From Rhodospirillales bacterium (GTDB taxonomy: Bacteria; Pseudomonadota; Alphaproteobacteria; Rhodospirillales; 2-12-FULL-67-15): a stretch of DNA of 64,000 nt. Both the position numbers and the translations under genes were made by a program. The stretch spans positions 9,856-73,855 of the forward strand of contig VGZQ01000003.1 of assembly GCA_016872535.1 (NCBI GenBank), given 5' to 3'. Numbering within the stretch: position 1 is the stretch's first letter; every line of letters begins with the position of its first letter. Shown here piece after piece: positions 48,448 through 58,916 of the stretch. Under the pieces are notes generated by a model, which did not search any database, was not told where the DNA came from, and worked only from the letters and a program-made list of their open reading frames with translations.

Positions 48448-49098
48448 TCACGGCGCCGGGTTGACCAGCGCGCCGGTAGGGGTTCGCGCGCGCTCGATGA
48501 CGGCCCGCTCGCCCTCGATCCTGACGCGGCCCTCGGCGATCAGGCGGACGGCGTGCGGATAGATGACATGCTCCTGGGCCAGGACCCGGGCGGCGAGGGT
48601 TTCGGCGGTGTCCTCGGGGCGCACCGGCACCGCGGCCTGGGCGATGATCGGGCCCTCGTCCATGTTCTCGCGCACGAAATGGACGGTACAGCCGGCGAAT
48701 CGCGCGCCGGCTTCGATCACGCGCTCGTGGGTGTGCAGTCCCTTGAAGGCGGGCAGCAACGACGGATGGATGTTGATCATCCGGTCGCGCCAGCGCCGCA
48801 CGAATCCGGCGCCGAGCAGGCGCATGAATCCGGCGAGGCACACCAGACCCGCGCCCGAGGCCTCGATCGCCCTGGTCAATTGGTTTTCGAACGCGGCGCG
48901 GTCGGGAAAATTACGGTGATCGATCACATGGGTCGCAACGCCCGCAGCCTTCGCCCGTTCGAGACCGAGGGCGTCCGGCTCGTTGGCGAGGGTGAGGACG
49001 ATCTCGGCCGGATAGGCGGGATCCCGACAGGCGTCGATCAGGGCCTGAAGGTTGCTGCCCCGGCCCGAAATCAACACCGCCAGCTTCAATCGCGCCAT
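48448..49098 (-). CDS. purN: Phosphoribosylglycinamide formyltransferase
   Basis: 216 aa from ATG 49098 ([21 protein letters not shown]). NIHPSLLP and GCTVHFV motifs. Confidence 0.9.
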   Translation of the reverse strand: MARLKLAVLISGRGSNLQALIDACRDPAYPAEIVLTLANEPDALGLERAKAAGVATHVIDHRNFPDRAAFENQLTRAIEASGAGLVCLAGFMRLLGAGFVRRWRDRMINIHPSLLPAFKGLHTHERVIEAGARFAGCTVHFVRENMDEGPIIAQAAVPVRPEDTAETLAARVLAQEHVIYPHAVRLIAEGRVRIEGERAVIERARTPTGALVNPAP

Positions 49099-50177
49099 GC
49101 GCCGTCGAGTCCTTCGAGAACGACCGCCGGGCCGGTCGCGCGTGGAATGATTTCGCCGATGGGGTAAACAGTTTCGCCGTGGTCGCGCAAAATCCCGACG
49201 ATTGCGTCGGCCTCCGACGCAGCGACGATGGCGATCATGCCGATGCCGCAATTGAAAGTGCGCGCCATTTCCTCCGGCGCCACGTTGCCGGTCGCCTTCA
49301 GCCAGCGGAACACGGGCGGAATCCGCCACTTCTTCATATCGATCCGCGCCGCGAAACGGTCGGAATAAACGCGCGGCGGATTTTCGATCAAACCGCCGCC
49401 GGTGATGTGGGCGAGCGCGTGCACGCCGTTCGCCTTGAGCGCGGCGAGGCCGCTTTTGACGTAAATCCGCGTCGGCGTCAGCAGCGCCTGGCCGAGCGAC
49501 TGGCGCGCGTCAAACGGCGCGCGCGCGTCGAAGCCGAAGCCGGCACGCTCGACCACGCGGCGCACGAGCGAGAAGCCGTTAGAGTGAACGCCGTTCGAAG
49601 CGAGCCCGAGAATGGCGTCGCCGGCGGCGACGTGGGCGCCGGTCAACACCCGGTCGCGCTCGACCGCGCCGACGGCGAAGCCGGCGAGGTCGTAATCCTC
49701 GCCTGCGTACATGCCGGGCATTTCGGCGGTCTCGCCGCCGACCAGCGCGCAACCCGCTTGGCGGCAACCCTCGGCGATCCCGGCGATGACCGCGCGACCG
49801 ACGGCGACGTCGAGCTTGCCGGTGGCGAAGTAATCGAGAAAGAACAGCGGCTCGGCGCCCTGGACGAGCAGATCGTTGACGCACATGGCGACCAGGTCGA
49901 TGCCGATGCCGTCGTGCATGCGGGCTGCGACGGCGATCTTGAGCTTGGTACCGACGCCGTCGGTACCGGAAACCAGGATCGGATCGCGATAACCCGCCGC
50001 CTTGAGATCGAACAGCGCGCCGAAGCCGCCGAGCCCGCCCATCGTCCCACGCCGGTCGGTCGAACGGGCGAGCGGCTTGATTGCCTCGACCAAGGCATCA
50101 CCGGAATCGATGTCGACACCCGAGTCGCGATAAGTAAGACCGGGGTCGGTTTGCGGATCCTGGCGCGTCGTCGCCAT
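49086..50177 (-). CDS. purM: Phosphoribosylformylglycinamidine cyclo-ligase
   Basis: 363-aa [13 protein letters not shown] and [10 protein letters not shown]. 13-bp overlap with purN. Confidence 0.95.
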   Translation of the reverse strand: MATTRQDPQTDPGLTYRDSGVDIDSGDALVEAIKPLARSTDRRGTMGGLGGFGALFDLKAAGYRDPILVSGTDGVGTKLKIAVAARMHDGIGIDLVAMCVNDLLVQGAEPLFFLDYFATGKLDVAVGRAVIAGIAEGCRQAGCALVGGETAEMPGMYAGEDYDLAGFAVGAVERDRVLTGAHVAAGDAILGLASNGVHSNGFSLVRRVVERAGFGFDARAPFDARQSLGQALLTPTRIYVKSGLAALKANGVHALAHITGGGLIENPPRVYSDRFAARIDMKKWRIPPVFRWLKATGNVAPEEMARTFNCGIGMIAIVAASEADAIVGILRDHGETVYPIGEIIPRATGPAVVLEGLDGAWRD

Positions 50178-50289
50178 GCTCGAAAATCCCCCGGTTCACC
50201 GGCCCGCGTCGGCTTTGCACGCGGGCGACCTGTGCTACATTGAGCGCCCTTCGGGCGAGCCGAAGATAGACCTTTTGCGAAGGTTTTCA

Positions 50290-51402
50290 ATGCGCGAGAT
50301 GACCGGCTTGACGGTGCTGCGGATCGCGCTCGCGGGTGCGATTCTCGCCTTTTGGTTCGCGCCGGTCCGGGCGGCGTCGGTCTTCGACGTGGCGGGCGTG
50401 GCAGTGGACGTAACCGCCGATACCGCCGCCCAGGCCCGCGAACGGGCCTTGGCCGAGGGCGAGCGCGTCGCCTTTCGTCGCCTGCTGGAGCGGCTGACGC
50501 TGCGGTCCGACCATTCGCGCCTCCCGAACCCGCCGCGCGCCGAAATCGGCAACTACCTGCAGGATTTCTCCGTCGCCGACGAGAAAACCTCGCCGGTCCG
50601 CTATCTCGCCAAGCTCACGTTCCGCTTCAAAGCCGAGGAAATCCGCCGCTTGCTCGATCAGGTCGGCATCCCGTTCGCCGAAACCATGAGCAAACCGGTC
50701 TTGGTGCTACCGGTTTATCAGTCCGCCGGTGCGCTCCTGTTGTGGGACGACCCCAATCCGTGGCGATCGGCTTGGAGTCAAGTGACGGTGCGCGAGGGGT
50801 TGGTTCCATTGGTGTTGGCGGCTGGCGATTTGCAGGACGTGGCGGCGATCGGTGCCGAACAGGCGGCGGCCGCCGACGAAACGCGGCTTGCGGCGATCGC
50901 GGGCCGTTACGGCACCACCGACACCGTCGTTGCCGTCGCGACCATGGGCTACCAGCCGCAGCAGTCGGTTCCTTATGTCCGGGTCTTCGTGTCGCGCCAC
51001 GGTCCGACCGCGCCCAAGGGGCGGACGGAAATTGAGATTACCGCGCAGGCCGGCGAAAACACCGGGCGTCTTCTCCAGCGCGCCGCCGCCGAGACGACTC
51101 GGCTGATCGAAGACGGCTGGAAGCGCGAAAACCTGCTCAGCCTCGGCCGCGCCTCGGTCGCGGCGGTGTCGGTGCCGATCGGCTCGCTCGCCGACTGGCT
51201 GGCGGTGCGCAAGAAGATGGGCGAAGTTTCGGTCGTGCGGCGAGCCGAGGTGATCCTGATGTCCAAGGCCGAAGTACGGCTCGCGCTTCATTTCATCGGC
51301 GAGGTGGACCAACTCGCGCTCGCGCTCGGTCAGGCGGATCTGCATCTTCTGCGCGAGGGCGACCTATGGGTCCTCACCTCCTCTCGGCCGGCGCGGGGAT
51401 GA
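50290..51402 (+). CDS. Secreted protein of unknown function (DUF2066-like)
   Basis: Start at ATG 50290 (MREMTGLTVLRIALAGAILAFWFAPVRA signal peptide). I recall the position divergent from purM and upstream of a CDP-alcohol phosphatidyltransferase gene as conserved in Alphaproteobacteria. Confidence 0.65.
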   Translation: MREMTGLTVLRIALAGAILAFWFAPVRAASVFDVAGVAVDVTADTAAQARERALAEGERVAFRRLLERLTLRSDHSRLPNPPRAEIGNYLQDFSVADEKTSPVRYLAKLTFRFKAEEIRRLLDQVGIPFAETMSKPVLVLPVYQSAGALLLWDDPNPWRSAWSQVTVREGLVPLVLAAGDLQDVAAIGAEQAAAADETRLAAIAGRYGTTDTVVAVATMGYQPQQSVPYVRVFVSRHGPTAPKGRTEIEITAQAGENTGRLLQRAAAETTRLIEDGWKRENLLSLGRASVAAVSVPIGSLADWLAVRKKMGEVSVVRRAEVILMSKAEVRLALHFIGEVDQLALALGQADLHLLREGDLWVLTSSRPARG

Positions 51403-51415
51403 CGGACGGTATTTC

Positions 51416-51967
51416 GTGCTCGCGCACCTGCCCAACCTGATCTCGCTGATGCGCCTGCTGATGGTGCCGCTGGTGGTGTACCTGATTCTGCACGAACGCC
51501 TGATTGCCGGGTTCTGGCTGTTCGTCGCCGCCGGCATCAGCGACGCCATCGACGGCTACATCGCCAAGCGATTCAACGTTTCAAGTCCGCTCGGTCGCTA
51601 TCTCGATCCACTCGCCGACAAGGCGCTGCTGGTCGCGTTATTCGTTCTCGGCGGCTATCTGGATTTTCTGCCCGACTGGCTGGTGATCCTGGTGGTATTC
51701 CGCGACGTGATGATCATCGGCGGTGCCATCCTGTTCTATACGCTCGACCTGCCACCGAAGATGCCGCCCTTGGTGGTTAGCAAAATCAACACCGCATGCC
51801 AGATCGTGCTGGTGGCGGCGGCGCTCGCCTTTCGCGGCTACGGACTGGACTTGGCCCCGCTGCAATCCGTGCTGGAATACCTGGTAGCGGCGACGACCCT
51901 CGCCTCCGGCTTGGCATATCTGGTGAAATGGGGCCGCTTGGCGGCGACGATCGAGGAGGATCGCTAA
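51416..51967 (+). CDS. CDP-alcohol phosphatidyltransferase family protein (PgsA-like)
   Basis: 183-aa ORF (GTG start). Motif DAIDGYIAKRF...G..LDPLADK. Confidence 0.8.
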   Translation: MLAHLPNLISLMRLLMVPLVVYLILHERLIAGFWLFVAAGISDAIDGYIAKRFNVSSPLGRYLDPLADKALLVALFVLGGYLDFLPDWLVILVVFRDVMIIGGAILFYTLDLPPKMPPLVVSKINTACQIVLVAAALAFRGYGLDLAPLQSVLEYLVAATTLASGLAYLVKWGRLAATIEEDR

Positions 51968-51969
51968 TC

Positions 51970-53028
51970 ATGAACCGGCGAACCGTGTTTCTGCTCGCGC
52001 TAATCGGCGGGGTCGGGCTGCTGCTCTACGGCCTTTCCGGCGTGCTGCTGCCTTTCGTCGCCGGGCTGTTGGTCGCCTATTTCCTCGATCCGGTCGCCGA
52101 CCGGCTGGAAAGCGCCGGGTTCTCGCGCACGCTCGCGACCACGGTCATCACTATCGCCTTCTTCGTGCTGGTGGCGGCAGTCTTGACGGTGCTGGCGCCG
52201 CTGCTGCAAGGGCAGATCGTCGGCCTCGTCGCCAAGACGCCGACGGTGGTCGAGGCACTGCGCGAGCAGGCCGCGCCGCTGATCGAGCGTTTCCAGGCGA
52301 CACTGACCCAGGAGCAAATCGCGCGTCTGCGCGAGGCGGCCGGAACCTACGCGGGCGAAGCGGCCAAGCTGCTCGGCACCATGGTCGGCCGGGTGCTCAG
52401 CGGGGGCGCGGCGTTTCTCCAGCTTCTCTCGCTCGTGATCATCACGCCGTTGGTGTCGTTCTACCTGCTGCGCGATTGGGACCGGATCGTCGCCCAATTC
52501 GACGACTTGCTGCCGCGCGATATGGCGCCGACGGTGCGCGAGGTCATGGGCGAGATCGACCGGACCATCGCCGCATGGGTGCGCGGCCAAGCGACGGTGT
52601 GCCTGCTGCTGGCGACGTGGTATGGGCTCGGCCTGACCTTGGTCGGCCTCGAATTCGGCCTGGTCATCGGCTTTCTCACTGGCCTGATCTCGTTCGTGCC
52701 TTATTTCGGCATGGGCATCGGCCTCGCGGTCGCGCTCGGCGTCGCCTTCGCCCAGTTTTCCGGCGTGATGCCTTTCGTCCTGGTGGCGGGCGTCTTCGCC
52801 GTCGGTCAGGTGGTCGAAGGTTACGTTCTCACGCCCAAACTGGTCGGGGATAAAGTTGGGCTGCACCCGGTATGGGTGATCTTCGCGTTGCTCGCGGGCG
52901 GCGCGTTGTTCGGCTTCACCGGGGTGCTGCTCGCGGTGCCGGTCGCGGCGGTGATCGGCGTGTTGCTGCGCCATGCTCTCGCGCGCTATCGCGCCAGCGC
53001 CTATTGGCGCGGCGAGGGTCGTTCGTGA
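51970..53028 (+). CDS. AI-2E family transporter (PerM/YhhT-like permease)
   Basis: Start at ATG 51970 (MNRRTVFLLALIGG...). About 8 TM helices and a FVPYFG motif. Confidence 0.8.
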   Translation: MNRRTVFLLALIGGVGLLLYGLSGVLLPFVAGLLVAYFLDPVADRLESAGFSRTLATTVITIAFFVLVAAVLTVLAPLLQGQIVGLVAKTPTVVEALREQAAPLIERFQATLTQEQIARLREAAGTYAGEAAKLLGTMVGRVLSGGAAFLQLLSLVIITPLVSFYLLRDWDRIVAQFDDLLPRDMAPTVREVMGEIDRTIAAWVRGQATVCLLLATWYGLGLTLVGLEFGLVIGFLTGLISFVPYFGMGIGLAVALGVAFAQFSGVMPFVLVAGVFAVGQVVEGYVLTPKLVGDKVGLHPVWVIFALLAGGALFGFTGVLLAVPVAAVIGVLLRHALARYRASAYWRGEGRS

Positions 53029-53747
53029 CCGCCGCGACTGCCGACGCGGGGCGGCAGCTCGCGCTCGCTTTTGCGCACCGGGCCGCCTTCGGCGCCGACG
53101 ATTTCCTGGTCGCGCCGTCGAACGCGGACGCGGTCGCCTGGGTCGATCGCTGGCGGACGTGGGCCCGCCCGGTGCTGGTGCTGCATGGTCCCCCAGGCTG
53201 CGGCAAGACCCATCTCGGCCATGTTTTTCTCGGTCTCGCCGACGGCATCGCAATTGCGGCCAAGGATTTGGGCGCAAGCGACTTCGCCCGCCTTGTGGAC
53301 GAACGCCGCACCGACACGCCCGCGATGCTGGTGGAGGACGCCGACCGAATCGGCGATCCGGCCGCCGAGCACGCGCTTTTTCACTTGCACAATCTGATCG
53401 TTGAGGCACGGGGATATCTGCTGCTGACCGCGCGCGTGCCGCCCGCGCGTTGGCCGATCCGGCTGCCCGATCTCGCCTCGCGGGTACGCGCCGCCCCGAC
53501 GGTCGCCATAGCACCGCCGGACGAGGCGTTGATCGGCGCGGTATTGGTCAAGCAGTTCGCCGACCGCCAGGTGCGGGTCGATCCCGCCGTGATCGCGTTC
53601 TTAATGGCGCGCATGGAGCGCTCCTTCGACGCGGCGCGGCGGCTGGTGGACGCCCTCGATGCGGCCGCGTTGAGCGAAGGTCGCGCCATCACTGTTCCGC
53701 TTGTGTCGGCGGTTCTGGCACGTCTCAGTGATGAGACGAAAGATTAG
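53025..53747 (+). CDS. hda: DnaA regulatory inactivator Hda (HdaA)
   Basis: GTG 53025 overlaps the upstream stop (GTGA). QLALAF N-terminal clamp-binding-like motif, Walker A GPPGCGKTHL, DnaA-domain-III-like remainder. Confidence 0.8.
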   Translation: MTAATADAGRQLALAFAHRAAFGADDFLVAPSNADAVAWVDRWRTWARPVLVLHGPPGCGKTHLGHVFLGLADGIAIAAKDLGASDFARLVDERRTDTPAMLVEDADRIGDPAAEHALFHLHNLIVEARGYLLLTARVPPARWPIRLPDLASRVRAAPTVAIAPPDEALIGAVLVKQFADRQVRVDPAVIAFLMARMERSFDAARRLVDALDAAALSEGRAITVPLVSAVLARLSDETKD

Positions 53748-54925
53748 GCGCGCGCGAGCTTGATCTTGCGCCCTTCGGCCGAGAGTGCGATCCGGCCCCG
53801 GATCAGACCGAGCGCGTCGTCGCCGAACACTTCGCGCCGCCAGCCGGAGAGCGCGGCGACGCCCGCCTTTTCGCCGAAGGCGGCGATGCGTTCCAGGTCG
53901 GACGCCGAGGCCAGCAGCTTCGGCGCCACGCCCGAGGACTCGGCGGCGTGCTTGAGTAGCACCTTGAGCAGGTCGGTCACCGGCCCGATACCGCCCGGTA
54001 GGTCGGTCTTTTCCTCCATATGCGGGCACTCCCTGTCCGGTACGGCAATGCCGGCGGCGATGGCCTTCAGGAGCCCGGCGCCCATGGACCCCTCGGCCAT
54101 CTTGGCGCTCAAGCCCCGAGTGCGCGCGAGCGCGTCGACCGACGTCGGCCGGTGGTGCGCGATCTCGATCAGGGATTCGTCGCGCAAGACGCGCCCGCGC
54201 GGAATGTCGCGGCGCTGGGCCTCACGCTCGCGCCAGGCGGCGACCTCGCGCAGGACCGAGAGGAAGCGTCCGCCGCCGCGCGCCTTGAGCCTGAGCCACG
54301 CGCGCGCCGGATCGACGTCGTAGGTGGCCGTGTTGGTTAGCACCGCCATTTCCTCCGCTAGCCACGATTCGCGGCCATTGGCGGCGAGCCGGCGGCGTAG
54401 TTCCTCGTAGACCTTGCGCAGGTGAATCACATCGTCGAGGGCATACGCGATCTGGCGTTCGCTCAAGGGTCGCGCCGACCAGTCGGTGAAGCGCGAGGAT
54501 TTGTCGATCCGGGCGCGGGCGAGCGAGCCGACCAGGGTTTCGTAGCTCGCCGAATCGCCGAAGCCGCAGACCATCGCCGCGACTTGGGTGTCGAATACCG
54601 GCGTCGGCAGTTTCTTGGTCAAGTAATAGAAGATTTCCAAATCCTGGCGCGCGGCGTGAAAGACCTTGAGCACGCCCGGATCGTCGAAAATCCGAAGGAG
54701 CGGGGCGAGATCGATTCCCGGTGCGAGCGCGTCGATGGCGGCGGCTGCGGCGGGGTCGTCATCCATGCCGCCGCCGGCCACCTGCACGACGCAGAGGATC
54801 GGCCAATAGGTCCGCTCGCGCATGAATTCGGTGTCAACGGTGACGAACGGCGCGCCGGCGATGCGCCGGCAGAAATCGGCGAGGACTTCGCTGTCGGCGA
54901 TCAGGGCGGGGCGGGATGGACTCAA
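53744..54925 (-). CDS. rnd: Ribonuclease D
   Basis: 393-aa ORF. DEDD exonuclease motifs (VDTEFMR, HAARQDLE, YALDDV) plus an HRDC region. The only available start is TTG 54925, preceded by GGAG, and it overlaps the upstream ORF stop (TTGA). Confidence 0.9.
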   Translation of the reverse strand: MSPSRPALIADSEVLADFCRRIAGAPFVTVDTEFMRERTYWPILCVVQVAGGGMDDDPAAAAAIDALAPGIDLAPLLRIFDDPGVLKVFHAARQDLEIFYYLTKKLPTPVFDTQVAAMVCGFGDSASYETLVGSLARARIDKSSRFTDWSARPLSERQIAYALDDVIHLRKVYEELRRRLAANGRESWLAEEMAVLTNTATYDVDPARAWLRLKARGGGRFLSVLREVAAWREREAQRRDIPRGRVLRDESLIEIAHHRPTSVDALARTRGLSAKMAEGSMGAGLLKAIAAGIAVPDRECPHMEEKTDLPGGIGPVTDLLKVLLKHAAESSGVAPKLLASASDLERIAAFGEKAGVAALSGWRREVFGDDALGLIRGRIALSAEGRKIKLARA

Positions 54926-55230
54926 CGACGACTCCGCCGTTCCTCGGGAGCTAGGCCGGCGACGAACTCGCGGCGGGTGAAGGCGTGGCCGCAGACCATG
55001 CAGTTGAGCGGGCCGAACGGCTCGCGCGCCGGGTCGAATTCGCCCTGGGCGACGTTTTGTCGTTCGCCGCAGTTGGGGCAGCGTGCCGGTCCCATGCCGG
55101 GTGCGAGGGGGCCGGTACGTTCGCCGGATTCGGACCGGGATGGGGTGGCGGGGGGCATGGGCGTCGTGTCCTCGAAGTCTAAGATGTGGCGCTTCGCGGG
55201 CCCGAGGTCAATGTCTTCGCGTTGTGTCAT
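54922..55230 (-). CDS. Hypothetical 102-aa zinc-ribbon protein translationally coupled to rnd
   Basis: ATG 55230 to TGA 54922. Two CxxC pairs (CPNCGERQ ... CMVCGHAF). Third-codon positions are strongly G/C, consistent with the host coding bias. The SD is weak. Confidence 0.5.
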   Translation of the reverse strand: MTQREDIDLGPAKRHILDFEDTTPMPPATPSRSESGERTGPLAPGMGPARCPNCGERQNVAQGEFDPAREPFGPLNCMVCGHAFTRREFVAGLAPEERRSRR

Positions 55231-55259
55231 CAGTCCACTGTAACTTGACAAACGGCGCC

Positions 55260-55288
55260 GGGCGGTCGAGCTTTCGCCCGCCCTTTTT
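55260..55288 (+). promoter_or_regulatory. Terminator-like hairpin + T5 lying 12 nt upstream of the aspS start codon
   Basis: GGGCGG(t)CGA-gctt-TCG(c)CCGCCC followed by TTTTT, read directly. TTGACA lies at 55245-55250. No SD is evident before the aspS ATG. Confidence 0.3.
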
Positions 55289-55299
55289 AGTTCGACCCG

Positions 55300-57093
55300 A
55301 TGCATCCTTACCGCACCCACACCTGCGGCGCACTGCGCCCCGCCCACGTCGGCGAAACCGTCCGGCTGTCGGGCTGGGTCCATCGCAAGCGCGACCACGG
55401 CAACCTGCTGTTCGTCGATCTGCGCGACCATTACGGCCTGACCCAGTGCGTGATCGACAGTTCCGCGCCGCCCTTCAAGGTCGCCGAAGGCGTGCGCCCG
55501 GAAAGCGTGGTCATCGTCACCGGTCGCGTGGTCAAGCGCGCGCCGGAAACCGTGAATCCCAACCTGCCGACCGGCGAGGTCGAAGTGGCGATCGCCGCGA
55601 TCGAGGTGGAAGGCCCGGCCGAGGTGCTGCCGATCCAGGTCGCGGGCGACATCGAATACCCCGAGGATTTGCGCCTGACCTATCGCTTCCTCGATCTCCG
55701 GCGCGAAAAGCCGCACCGCAACATCCTGCTCCGCAGCCAGGTGATCGCGAGCATCCGCCGGCGCATGACCGAACAAGGCTTCGTCGAATTCCAAACCCCG
55801 ATCCTGACCGCCAGTTCGCCCGAAGGCGCGCGCGACTACCTGGTGCCGTCGCGCAACCATCCGGGCCAGTTCTACGCGCTGCCCCAGGCGCCGCAGCAGT
55901 TCAAGCAGTTGATCATGATTTCGGGCTTCGACCGCTATTTCCAGATCGCGCCCTGCTTTCGCGACGAGGACGCGCGCGCCGACCGCTCTCCGGGCGAGTT
56001 CTACCAGCTCGACTTCGAAATGGCGTTTGTCACCCAGGATGACGTGTTCGCGGCGATCGAGCCGGTATTGGCCGGCGTGTTCGAGGAATTCGCGCGCGGG
56101 CGCACGGTGACCAAACCACCGTTTCCGCGCGTCCCTTACGCCGATTCCATGCTGAGGTACGGCAACGACAAGCCCGATCTCCGCAATCCGATCGTGATGA
56201 GCGACGCGACCGAGATCTTTCGCGGCTCCGGCTTCGGGCTGTTCGCCAACCTGGTGGCCAAGGGCGCGGTGGTGCGCGCGATTCCCGCGCCGGGCGCCGG
56301 CGCGCAACCGCGCAGCTTCTTCGACAAGCTCAACGATTGGGCCAAGGCCGAAGGCGCGGGCGGCCTCGGCTACATGGTGATGGAGGACGGCGGCGCCAAA
56401 GGCCCGATCGGCAAGAACCTGGATGCCGAGCGCATCGCCCGCGTGCGCCAGACGACCGGTGCCAAAGATGGCGACGCCGTGTTCTTCGTTTGCGGCGACA
56501 AAGCCAAGGCGGAGAAATTCGCCGGCCTCGCCCGCACCCGCATCGGCGAGGAACTCGATCTGATCGAGAAAAATGCCTTCCGTTTCTGCTGGGTGGTTGA
56601 TTTTCCGATGTACGAGTTGAATCCGGACACCCAGAAGATCGAATTCAGCCACAATCCATTCTCGATGCCGCAAGGGGGACTGGAGGCGCTCAACACCAAG
56701 GCCCCACTCGACGTCCTCGCCTTCCAATACGACATCGTCTGCAACGGCATCGAGCTTTCGAGCGGCGCGATCCGCAACCATCGCCCGGACATCATGCTGC
56801 GCGCGTTCGAGATCGCGGGATATGGTAAGGAGGAAGTCGAACGCCGCTTCGGCGGCATGCTGTCGGCGTTCCGCTACGGCGCGCCACCGCACGGCGGTTC
56901 GGCCCCGGGCATCGACCGGATCGTGATGATGCTGGCGGACGAACCCAACATCCGCGAGGTGATCGTGTTCCCCATGAACCAGCAGGCCCAGGACCTGCTC
57001 ATGGGCGCGCCTGCGCCGGCCGACCCGGCGCGGCTCAAGGAACTGCACCTGAAGCTCGATTTGCCGAAGCCGAAGGGCAAGGACGAGCGTTAA
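55300..57093 (+). CDS. aspS: Aspartate--tRNA ligase (bacterial type, about 600 aa)
   Basis: 597-aa ORF. OB-fold N-domain, class II motifs ([10 protein letters not shown], [12 protein letters not shown], GGSAPGIDR), GAD insertion. Confidence 0.97.
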   Translation: MHPYRTHTCGALRPAHVGETVRLSGWVHRKRDHGNLLFVDLRDHYGLTQCVIDSSAPPFKVAEGVRPESVVIVTGRVVKRAPETVNPNLPTGEVEVAIAAIEVEGPAEVLPIQVAGDIEYPEDLRLTYRFLDLRREKPHRNILLRSQVIASIRRRMTEQGFVEFQTPILTASSPEGARDYLVPSRNHPGQFYALPQAPQQFKQLIMISGFDRYFQIAPCFRDEDARADRSPGEFYQLDFEMAFVTQDDVFAAIEPVLAGVFEEFARGRTVTKPPFPRVPYADSMLRYGNDKPDLRNPIVMSDATEIFRGSGFGLFANLVAKGAVVRAIPAPGAGAQPRSFFDKLNDWAKAEGAGGLGYMVMEDGGAKGPIGKNLDAERIARVRQTTGAKDGDAVFFVCGDKAKAEKFAGLARTRIGEELDLIEKNAFRFCWVVDFPMYELNPDTQKIEFSHNPFSMPQGGLEALNTKAPLDVLAFQYDIVCNGIELSSGAIRNHRPDIMLRAFEIAGYGKEEVERRFGGMLSAFRYGAPPHGGSAPGIDRIVMMLADEPNIREVIVFPMNQQAQDLLMGAPAPADPARLKELHLKLDLPKPKGKDER

Positions 57094-57116
57094 TCCCGCG
57101 TAGCCCCAATCGGCGC

Positions 57117-57147
57117 TTGACTTTGCCGGTTCCAGCCCCCATATAAC
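57117..57147 (+). promoter_or_regulatory. Candidate sigma70-type promoter TTGACT-N19-TATAAC for rhlE
   Basis: Hexamers read directly. The spacer is long (19 nt). If used, it implies a 5-prime UTR of about 170 nt. Confidence 0.3.
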
Positions 57148-57272
57148 GCGCGACCGATTTCTCGCGATCGCGCGGACAGCGCCCCGCTTCGGCGGCAGCT
57201 CTTCATTCATCCCGAGACAATCTTTGCAACGTCGCCGGCCCCGGAAGCGCGTGGGGCGGGCCAAAACGCCGG

Positions 57273-57309
57273 TTAGGCGCGCGACTTGATTCGCGCGCCC
57301 GGCGCCTAA
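57273..57309 (+). promoter_or_regulatory. Mutually exclusive helices in the rhlE leader adjacent to the SD
   Basis: Helix A is GGCGCGCGA(57276-84)/TCGCGCGCC(57291-99), 9 bp. Helix B is TTAGGCGC(57273-80)/GCGCCTAA(57302-09), 8 bp. The 3-prime arm of helix B abuts and overlaps AAGGAA upstream of GTG 57324. Confidence 0.4.
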
Positions 57310-57323
57310 GGAAATATTTTAAC

Positions 57324-58649
<1,326 letters not shown>

Positions 58650-58916
58650 GCTTTTTTCTCGACGTAGAGAAATCCCCGCATCGGCCGGCCGGTGAAATCC
58701 ATCGGCCGGACGTCGGGCGGCGCGAGCCATTTCCGTGCATCGTCCGGCGCGACCCGGACGACCAATTTGTCGTCGAGCACGCCGCAGCACATGTGGTCTT
58801 TGACCATGAAGGCGAGGCCACCGAACATTTTGCGCTCGCTCGTGCCCGGACGGCGAACCATGAGACGCCGGATTTTTTCCGCGAGTTTCGCGTCGTAAGC
58901 CACGGCGCCTTGCCCC

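Noticed and set aside
52000-53514. 504-aa minus-strand ORF opposite the AI-2E transporter and hda genes
   Set aside because: Antisense artefact. The highly basic/acidic low-complexity translation contrasts with the clear TM and AAA+ motifs on the plus strand.
55231-57264. Upstream part of the 780-aa minus-strand ORF 54922..57264 opposite aspS
   Set aside because: Only the last 102 codons (zinc-ribbon ORF, from ATG 55230) lie outside aspS. The rest is antisense to a textbook aspS and crosses the aspS promoter region.
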